From: Candidatus Poriferihabitaceae bacterium
GTDB lineage: Bacteria > Pseudomonadota > Gammaproteobacteria > Arenicellales > Poriferihabitantaceae
Length of the DNA stretch: 64,000 nucleotides
NCBI GenBank assembly: GCA_965249035.1
Contig: CBDFKV010000003.1
Span: forward strand, 66,814 to 130,813
Direction of reading: 5' to 3'
Shown piece after piece: positions 11,105 through 18,267 of this stretch. The position numbers and the translations under genes are program-made. The notes beneath the pieces were generated by a model. The model saw only the letters and a list, made by a program, of their open reading frames with translations. It made no database searches and was not told the origin of the DNA. The number at the start of each line of letters is the position of its first letter. The first letter of the stretch is position 1.

Positions 11105-12247
11105 CTAAACCGACAGTGCTTGCTCAAGGTCTGCGATCAAGTCTTCAGCGTCTTCAATTCCGACGCTAAGTCGAACCAAAGAATCAGTAACGCCGCTTTT
11201 AATCCGCTCTTCACGAGGGATGCTAGCGTGCGTCATACTGGCTGGATGTCCGATCAACGATTCTACTCCGCCTAATGATTCTGCCAGAGAAAAAAGACGG
11301 GTATGCGATAACACTTGATTGGCCGCTTCAACGCTATCGTCCTTCAAGCCAAAAGAGATCATCCCGCCAAACCCATCCATTTGAGACTTGGCAATATCAT
11401 GGTTATGGTGATCCTCAAAACCCGGCCAGTTCACATAGGCAACCGCATCATGCGCTCGCAGCCAGTGGGCGATCACTTCACCGTTTTCGCAATGTCTTTG
11501 CATCCGCAAATGCAGTGTTTTCAAACCGCGTAATACTAAAAAACAATCCTGTGGGCCTGGCACGGCACCGGCGCTATTTTGCAAAAAGGCCAATTCTTCG
11601 GCCAAGCTTGAGTCGTTAAGCACCAAAGCACCCATGACCACATCGCTGTGACCCCCCAGGTATTTGGTTACCGAGTGCATGACCACATCAGCACCAAGCT
11701 CAAGGGGCCGTTGTAAATAAGGTGAGGCAAATGTGTTATCAACCGCGACAATCATATTGTTGCCACTCGCCAAGTCGACGACCGCTTTTATGTTTATGAT
11801 TTTCATGGTCGGATTGGTGGGTGTTTCAATCCAAATCAATCGGGTATGTTTATTTATTTTTTCGGCGATGCGATCAAGCTCGGTCATGTCCACAAAATGA
11901 AATGTAATGCCATATTTTTCATAGACTTTAGTCATCAATCGAAACGAGCCACCGTAGAGGTCGTTGGTTGAAATGACTTCATCACCGGGTTGTAATCGTT
12001 TTAGCAGTGTATCAGTGGCGGCCATTCCACTCGCGAAAGCCAAGCCGTGTTGACCACTTTCCAGCGCCGCTAACGCGTCTTGCAAAGCGTCACGTGTGGG
12101 ATTATGAGTGCGAGAATATTCAAAGCCTTTGTGGTCTCCCGGTGCCGTTTGAACATAAGTCGAGGTTTGAAAAATCGGCGTCATGATGGCACCTGTTGCT
12201 GGGTCTGGCTTGACTCCGGCGTGTATGGCTTTGGTTGCGAATTTCAT
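11105..12247 (-). CDS. Cys/Met-metabolism PLP enzyme (cystathionine gamma-synthase/beta-lyase/gamma-lyase family)
   Basis: A 380-aa ORF with the N-terminus TKAIHAGVKPDPATGAIMTPIFQTSTY and the PLP-Lys block HSVTKYLGGHSDV. I cannot assign the subfamily by eye. Confidence 0.85.
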   Translation of the reverse strand: MKFATKAIHAGVKPDPATGAIMTPIFQTSTYVQTAPGDHKGFEYSRTHNPTRDALQDALAALESGQHGLAFASGMAATDTLLKRLQPGDEVISTNDLYGGSFRLMTKVYEKYGITFHFVDMTELDRIAEKINKHTRLIWIETPTNPTMKIINIKAVVDLASGNNMIVAVDNTFASPYLQRPLELGADVVMHSVTKYLGGHSDVVMGALVLNDSSLAEELAFLQNSAGAVPGPQDCFLVLRGLKTLHLRMQRHCENGEVIAHWLRAHDAVAYVNWPGFEDHHNHDIAKSQMDGFGGMISFGLKDDSVEAANQVLSHTRLFSLAESLGGVESLIGHPASMTHASIPREERIKSGVTDSLVRLSVGIEDAEDLIADLEQALSV

Positions 12248-12430
12248 GGTTGCTATCTAAAGATTATAAGGAAGAACAGACAATGACCGGCCAGTGAGAA
12301 GTTGGCCCAAGCTGGTTTGAATTTAACAACCAGCGGCTATTAGCCTAGTTAAAGCCAGTAAAGATCGTAGTGTATTTAAACACACAGATCCAAGCGCTTC
12401 GGACTATTTCTTCTGCTTGTTAGGGTCGAC

Positions 12431-13330
12431 TCAAATGGTAGGCAAAATAAAATCAGGAATAATGCCGCTTCGTTCGATGTAATGATTCACGTCGTGGCCC
12501 TTAAACAGACCATGATCTGTCACCAAAGCTGTACTCAATCCAGCCGCTGCACCCCCTAAAATATCAGTGTGCAAAGTATCACCAATCATCAATACCCGCG
12601 TTGGGCTTGACTGATTGATACGATCAGTTGCCTCTTTAAAAACGTGGCCAAAGGGTTTGCCAAAGAATTGCGGCTCTATCGTCGTTGCGTCGGCTATGGC
12701 ATGTGCATAAAACCCCGGCTGAAGAGAAAACCGAGTTTCTCTGGGCGCGACAATATCCGGGTTTCCCACCAAAAATGGACGTGGGCTTGCCTTGAGTGAA
12801 TTAATCAGCAATTCTTGTTGCTGCTGCGTCCAATCTCGCACACCTAAAAACAAGAAGCCATCGACCTGATCAAATTGGCTCTGTTCCTCACCCAATAACG
12901 CTAAATTAAAATCTAATTGCTCAATGCCCGATTCAGGCAGCGCAACCACACCCCAATGCATCGTGTCTGGATAGCCTGACAGCGCAGAGAACAACAGCTC
13001 ACGGCTGGAAATCACCTGTTCAATCTCAAAATTGAACCCCAGTTTTTGATATTTGGCTTGCAGCCCTTGCAGCAGAAAACTACCGGCATTGGTCACTACC
13101 AGCGTCGGTTTACCCATTTTCTGCAACTGTGCAACACAGTGCGCGGCACCTGGAACGGCTTGTTCGCCCACATTAAGCACGCCAAAGGCATCAAATAAAA
13201 AAGCGTCAAACTGATCAGCAATTTGTAGCAAATTTAGGGCGGTGCGCGACGACTCAGGAAACGAAGCCTGAGGCAATCGGGCACGCACCGCCTGATAACG
13301 CGAAAACGCGAATTCAGCATCAATTTTCAT
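12431..13330 (-). CDS. HAD-superfamily class IIA hydrolase
   Basis: Motif I FLFDAFGVLNVG (the DxxGVL of HAD-IIA), VVTNAG, and a C-terminal IGDTLHTDILGG. It is the last gene of the phn-type transporter run, 44 nt after phnE. Confidence 0.75.
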   Translation of the reverse strand: MKIDAEFAFSRYQAVRARLPQASFPESSRTALNLLQIADQFDAFLFDAFGVLNVGEQAVPGAAHCVAQLQKMGKPTLVVTNAGSFLLQGLQAKYQKLGFNFEIEQVISSRELLFSALSGYPDTMHWGVVALPESGIEQLDFNLALLGEEQSQFDQVDGFLFLGVRDWTQQQQELLINSLKASPRPFLVGNPDIVAPRETRFSLQPGFYAHAIADATTIEPQFFGKPFGHVFKEATDRINQSSPTRVLMIGDTLHTDILGGAAAGLSTALVTDHGLFKGHDVNHYIERSGIIPDFILPTI

Positions 13331-13374
13331 TGTTTTTTTAAGCTTAACGACGGTCGTCGGCCTAATCCTTTTTT

Positions 13375-14193
13375 CTAAATAATGGCAGCACGCACCTTAG
13401 CAGATACCCATTCGCTAATAATCACTGCGGCGAAAATGGTAAGCAAGATGAGCGAGACTTGCGGCCACGCTAAAATATTGAGCGATGATTGTAATTGCAA
13501 ACCGATGCCACCGGCACCGACTAAGCCTAGCACCGTGGACTCTCGAATGTTGATGTCCCAGCGAAACACCGATATCCCTGCGAACGTGGGCAATAGCTGC
13601 GGGACGATCCCATAAGCAATAATTTGCGCGCGGCTCGCACCCGTCGCCTGAATCGCTTCAACTTGTTTGATGTCTACTTCTTCAATCGCTTCGTAGAGTA
13701 GTTTGGCCAAAAAGCCAACCGAACGCAGACTTATCGCCAGTAATCCTGCGAACACGCCAGGGCCAATGATGGTAACGAACAGCACCGCCCAGATAATAGA
13801 ATTGATTGATCGTGAGCTGACAATGATTAACAATGCCAAAGGCCGTGCAATTAGTTTGCTGGGAGTCGTATTCTTGGCCGCCAAAAACGCTACAGGCACC
13901 GCCAAAAAGAGCGCGATAAAAGTACCCAGAGTTGCAATGTTGATCGTGTCCCATAAGGGCCGCCACAATTTCTCGATATAAGACCACTTAGGCGGCGTAG
14001 CGCGGTTCCAAATATCGCCAGCAATGCGTGATGCGTCCTGGACAAAAACCCAATTGGTGACTTCCGCTATAAACTGCCAGCTAAACATAAACACCGCCAC
14101 ACCCACCAACCACCCAAACCAGATCAGAAGCTGACGATTACGATCACGTCGCTGCCAGTGTTTCGGTGGTGATGTAGTTTCAGAGGCAGGCAT
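13375..14193 (-). CDS. phnE: phosphonate-type ABC transporter permease
   Basis: A polytopic 272-aa ORF with the PhnE signature EAIQATGASRAQIIAYGIVPQLLP. Confidence 0.85.
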   Translation of the reverse strand: MPASETTSPPKHWQRRDRNRQLLIWFGWLVGVAVFMFSWQFIAEVTNWVFVQDASRIAGDIWNRATPPKWSYIEKLWRPLWDTINIATLGTFIALFLAVPVAFLAAKNTTPSKLIARPLALLIIVSSRSINSIIWAVLFVTIIGPGVFAGLLAISLRSVGFLAKLLYEAIEEVDIKQVEAIQATGASRAQIIAYGIVPQLLPTFAGISVFRWDINIRESTVLGLVGAGGIGLQLQSSLNILAWPQVSLILLTIFAAVIISEWVSAKVRAAII

Positions 14194-15002
14194 TATTTAA
14201 GCTTGGCCCGGACGAAACTGGAGATATATTCCAGCGCGAAGACAATCACAATAATGATGATAATGATTGCGGCGGCGGTATCGAATTCATAGCGATCGAA
14301 AGCCGTGTTTAGGGTCGCACCAATCCCGCCAGCGCCGACTAAGCCCACCACCGAAGAATGCCTGAAATTAGTGTCCAGACGATACATACTCAAACCCACC
14401 AGACGCGGCATAAATTGAGGTTGTACGCTGTAATTCAGCCATTGCAGCCAGGACGCCCCGGTCGATTTAACCGCCTCTAGCTGCGACTTATCGCAATTCT
14501 CGATATTCTCAGCCAATAATTTCGCCAAAAAGCCAATCGACGCAAACGTAAGGGCGATAAAGCCCGCAAAAGGGCCAAAGCCGAAAATAGCCACCATAAA
14601 CAAAGCGATGATGATTTCATTGAGCGTTCGCGATAGCACTATGATGGCACGGCAAACCATATACACCGGCATAATCGAAATATTGCGTGCGGCACCTAAG
14701 CCAATCGGCACCGATAAAAGGACGCCGACCACGGTGGAGGTGACCGCCATTACGATGCTTTCACCAATACCGCTGACGATTGCTGACCCGCGACTGGTGA
14801 AATCTGGGTGCGCAAATGAAGTAACGAACTTTAGCCCGCGCTCAACACCCTCAGCTACCCGCGCCCAGTTAATATCAATCGAGACAAACGCGAGGACCAA
14901 ATAAATAGCAACGGCCGCTATGATCGCCCAACGACTCATCGGGTTAGCGATAAAGGCCGGTTTATGCCAATGGGTAGAGGAGGTTTCTGGCGGCGTATTC
15001 AT
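14193..15002 (-). CDS. phnE: phosphonate-type ABC transporter permease
   Basis: A paralogous 269-aa permease with [24 protein letters not shown]. Its ends overlap the neighbouring genes by 1 nt (phnE) and 4 nt (phnC). Confidence 0.85.
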   Translation of the reverse strand: MNTPPETSSTHWHKPAFIANPMSRWAIIAAVAIYLVLAFVSIDINWARVAEGVERGLKFVTSFAHPDFTSRGSAIVSGIGESIVMAVTSTVVGVLLSVPIGLGAARNISIMPVYMVCRAIIVLSRTLNEIIIALFMVAIFGFGPFAGFIALTFASIGFLAKLLAENIENCDKSQLEAVKSTGASWLQWLNYSVQPQFMPRLVGLSMYRLDTNFRHSSVVGLVGAGGIGATLNTAFDRYEFDTAAAIIIIIIVIVFALEYISSFVRAKLK

Positions 15003-15793
15003 GCCTTTTGGTCAAGTAACTCGCTTGCATCAGGTTCTTCAACCGTCGCTTCCCAATCCTCTTCACCATAAATACTGGTCAGTGCCTCTTCGGTTAAATC
15101 TTGCGGCGAGCCATCGAATACGATTCTACCCGCCGCTAAGCCGATAATTCGTTCGACGTGCTGCTGCGCCAGCGCAACATCATGGATGTTCACAATCGCG
15201 GCCAGTTTGTTTTCTGCACATAGCTCACCAATCAGCCGCATGATTTGCCGCGCGGTTTTTGGGTCAAGCGACGCGGTTGGCTCATCAACCAGCAATAAAG
15301 AAGGGTCTTGGATCAAGGCTCTAGCAATACCAACACGCTGGCGTTGCCCGCCAGATAGCTCATCCGCTCGTTTATTCACCATGGCGGTCAGGCCCACCCG
15401 GTCAAGCAGGCGAAATGCGTGATCAACATCATGCTGTGGGAATTTTCGAAACCAACTGCGCCAAAAACCGACGTAACCTAAGCGTCCAGATAGCACGTTT
15501 TCCATCACCGTCAAACGCTCAACCAGGGCATATTCCTGAAAGATCATACCCATTTGCCGACGTGCTTTGCGCAAGGCGGACGAATTTAAACCGGTGATGT
15601 TAACACCATCCAGAATGGCTTCACCCGACGTCGGCTCAACCAGCCGGTTAATACACCGAATCAAGGTACTTTTACCAGCCCCTGACGGGCCAATTAAGCC
15701 AATCACCTGGCCGGATGGGATCACCAGGCTGACATTATCAAGCGCCAAGTCACCCGTTGGGTAACGTTTTGTAAAATCTTTCAGCTCAAGCAT
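14999..15793 (-). CDS. phnC: phosphonate-type ABC transporter ATP-binding protein
   Basis: Walker [10 protein letters not shown], signature LSGGQRQRV, Walker B LLLVDEP. The PhnC-like N-terminus is [13 protein letters not shown]. Confidence 0.88.
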   Translation of the reverse strand: MLELKDFTKRYPTGDLALDNVSLVIPSGQVIGLIGPSGAGKSTLIRCINRLVEPTSGEAILDGVNITGLNSSALRKARRQMGMIFQEYALVERLTVMENVLSGRLGYVGFWRSWFRKFPQHDVDHAFRLLDRVGLTAMVNKRADELSGGQRQRVGIARALIQDPSLLLVDEPTASLDPKTARQIMRLIGELCAENKLAAIVNIHDVALAQQHVERIIGLAAGRIVFDGSPQDLTEEALTSIYGEEDWEATVEEPDASELLDQKA

Positions 15794-15887
15794 CGTTCGC
15801 TTCCACCTAACAGGTTTAGGGTTCGACTAAGTGATTCGATCGGCTTGATATGCCCATACTACTTAGGCATATCAGCGCACTTGAGAA

Positions 15888-16859
15888 CTAACTACAAGAG
15901 TAAGAAATATCATTCGCGGCATCAATCGTGCGAATGACTTCCCAGAATTTTTGATAGGTGATCGGCAAGAATTTTGCCTCGCCAGATTTTTCAAATTCCT
16001 TTTTCAAACTAGAGTCTGCCCAATTGAAACTAAAAAAGGCAGCTTCGATTTTTGCTCTCAACTCAGGTGCTAAATTGTGCGCAACCCCATAGCTGGTGGT
16101 GGGAAAGGTTTGTGATTTATAGATCGTCACCAGCTGATCGTCCGTAACCACGTCACGCAAAAGCATGCGGTTCTTGACCGAGTTGGCTATCGATGCCGCC
16201 GGATAGTCCTTGTTGGCGACGCCCAAAATTGAATTGTCATGCTTGCCCGAGTAGGTCGGCTCAAAATCACGCTCTGGCAGCATATCAAATTCCGCTTTCA
16301 GGATAGCCGAAGGGGCTTTAAAGCCTGAATTAGAGGTTGGAGAAGTGAACGCCAATACTTTGCCTTTGATGTCTTCCACTTTTTCGATACCACTACCCGG
16401 ATAGGTAATGATTTCCATTTCATAGCCAAAACTATCGTCTTCGCGGGCCATCATGGTAAATGGGTTATAGCCTGCGCAATTAACCGCCAAAGGATTAGAG
16501 CCGGTGTTGAACCCAGAAATGTGTAAGCGACCAGAACGCATTGCCTCTAGCTGTGCAGCATTTGATTGAACGGGGAAAAACTGAACTTTTTTACCCGTTT
16601 CGGTTTCCAGGTGGGTAATAAAGTCAGACCAAGCTGCCTCATATACTGCAGGGTCTTCCACCGGCGTATACGCGAATACTAGGGTGTCGGGATTGACAAA
16701 TTGAGCCTCATCAGTGGGCGCATCAGCCAATAAATCACCATCACGGTCACAAAAGCGCTGGTCTAGATCCCCTCGTGGGCATTCATCCGCTTGAGCGAAA
16801 GAGATTGCAAAGGTGCCCGCAACAAATACGGAAGCGATTAGTTTAAACAGTTTCTTCAT
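15888..16859 (-). CDS. phnD: phosphate/phosphite/phosphonate ABC transporter substrate-binding protein
   Basis: A signal peptide followed by a PhnD-like fold (LVFAYTPVEDP..., FTSPTSNSGF, YSGKHDNSILGVANKD). The ligand is not inferable from the sequence. Confidence 0.8.
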   Translation of the reverse strand: MKKLFKLIASVFVAGTFAISFAQADECPRGDLDQRFCDRDGDLLADAPTDEAQFVNPDTLVFAYTPVEDPAVYEAAWSDFITHLETETGKKVQFFPVQSNAAQLEAMRSGRLHISGFNTGSNPLAVNCAGYNPFTMMAREDDSFGYEMEIITYPGSGIEKVEDIKGKVLAFTSPTSNSGFKAPSAILKAEFDMLPERDFEPTYSGKHDNSILGVANKDYPAASIANSVKNRMLLRDVVTDDQLVTIYKSQTFPTTSYGVAHNLAPELRAKIEAAFFSFNWADSSLKKEFEKSGEAKFLPITYQKFWEVIRTIDAANDISYSCS

Positions 16860-17086
16860 GATGTCATCCTCTTGGGTGTATCAGCCAGCCAATATTTCGT
16901 GATGCTCGGCTATTTGAAAATTAAGTTATTTCGCACTCATTATAGTGTTCCCGGCTCCAGTACCACTAGTCGCCAAGGTTTGTAGGTGCGAAAGGAAGTC
17001 TACCGATTTAGTGCCTTGCTGTCACCATCGATTCCTCGCGGCCTCAAGATGCACAAAAACTAAAAGCCTATCCAACCGCTAGTGCG

Positions 17087-18235
17087 TCATTCATCAGGTC
17101 GCTGAACCAGCACGATGACTAGGTCCATCACATTGGTACCGGTCGGGCCGGTGATTAAAATATCATTAACGCTGCGCAAATAGTCACCCGCATTGGCCTG
17201 GTCAAGCGCTGCCTGCGCTCGTTCGGGATGCTGAAAAGTATTGCCATCGATAATTGCGCCCGCCGCATCAGTCGGACCATCGGTGCCATCGGTACCCGCT
17301 ACCAAAACATTGATATGGCTAAGACCCGCTATTTCTTTGGCCAATGCTAACGCCAGGCTTTGGTTGCGCCCCCCGTTACCTGGTTTGGGGGGTAGCTTGA
17401 TGGTTGGCTCACCGCCCCAAATATAAAGTCCGTTGTCCGCCTGGCGTAAAAACGCGCCTAATTCAGTGCTGAGTTTGAAGACATCATCATAGAGCGATTC
17501 CACATTGAGCTTGGTGCTTAAACCAAGTTTGGTTGCGTGCTTCGCGGCGGCCTGCCGTGCTAGTTGGTTGCTCGCAACTATTTGAGCCTTAGCCGCAGCT
17601 TTGCTTAGCTTGATATCTCCTATGCCAGAGCCAATGACAGCGATGCTATCTCCTTGTACATCCGATATCGCGAAGCTAACGACCTGTTTACCTAAAAATT
17701 TCTCCAGTAATTGTCCGCCCTTAATTTGAGAGATCGCTTGTCGTTTACGATTGATATGCCCGATATCTTTGCCCGAAGCGATGAGTGCTTTGTTCAAATC
17801 TTGCCATTGTTGCAACGACATTCCTTCGGGCAATTGCTCAGCAATTGACGAGGCGCCCCCGGAAACCAGCAATAAAAGAACGCTATCGGGTGCTAGCTTG
17901 CTGACTGCTTCGGCCAGCAGGCGACCCGCAAGCAGGGATTGTTCATCTGGGATAGGATGGCCTGATTCAATAGTAGTGACTGCGGGGTTAGCGCTGAGAT
18001 TTGAAGATACATGCTCATACTTGGTGGCCACCAACGCGGGAATCGAATCACCCAAAACCGCGTGGGCACCCTGACACATATCGTCAGCAGCTTTGCCCAC
18101 AGCGATAATCATATCGGGGCGGAAGTCTGAAGTTTGCTTAAGCGCGTCAGCGACTGCGCGTTTACCCGCAACCGCCTGGATGGCGGCTTCAAATATTGAT
18201 ACGAGCGTTTTTCTAGCCAAGCCTGTGCTCACCAC
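17087..18235 (-). CDS. glycerate kinase (MOFRL/DUF4147 type, TtuD/GckA-like)
   Basis: A 382-aa ORF with LLLVSGGASS and a C-terminal MOFRL block LVAGTDGTDGPTDAAGAIIDG...TGPTGTNVMDL. It begins 32 nt after the 992-aa gene on the same strand. Confidence 0.8.
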   Translation of the reverse strand: MVSTGLARKTLVSIFEAAIQAVAGKRAVADALKQTSDFRPDMIIAVGKAADDMCQGAHAVLGDSIPALVATKYEHVSSNLSANPAVTTIESGHPIPDEQSLLAGRLLAEAVSKLAPDSVLLLLVSGGASSIAEQLPEGMSLQQWQDLNKALIASGKDIGHINRKRQAISQIKGGQLLEKFLGKQVVSFAISDVQGDSIAVIGSGIGDIKLSKAAAKAQIVASNQLARQAAAKHATKLGLSTKLNVESLYDDVFKLSTELGAFLRQADNGLYIWGGEPTIKLPPKPGNGGRNQSLALALAKEIAGLSHINVLVAGTDGTDGPTDAAGAIIDGNTFQHPERAQAALDQANAGDYLRSVNDILITGPTGTNVMDLVIVLVQRPDE

Positions 18236-18267
18236 CTATGCTCACCCGCAATTAAGATCTGCTCATT

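Noticed and set aside
12248-12430. A 183-nt leader upstream of the Cys/Met PLP enzyme gene, with a 7-bp hairpin on the minus strand (GCTGGTT-N10-AACCAGC). I considered a SAM-type riboswitch.
   Set aside because: I could not match it to the SAM-I, SAM-II or SAM-V consensus from memory. A covariance-model scan (Rfam) would be needed, and a hit would overturn this rejection.
16860-17086. A search for a Pho box upstream of phnD.
   Set aside because: Only one CTGTCAC heptad is present (near 17010), with no second repeat at the 11-bp spacing. That is insufficient to call PhoB control.
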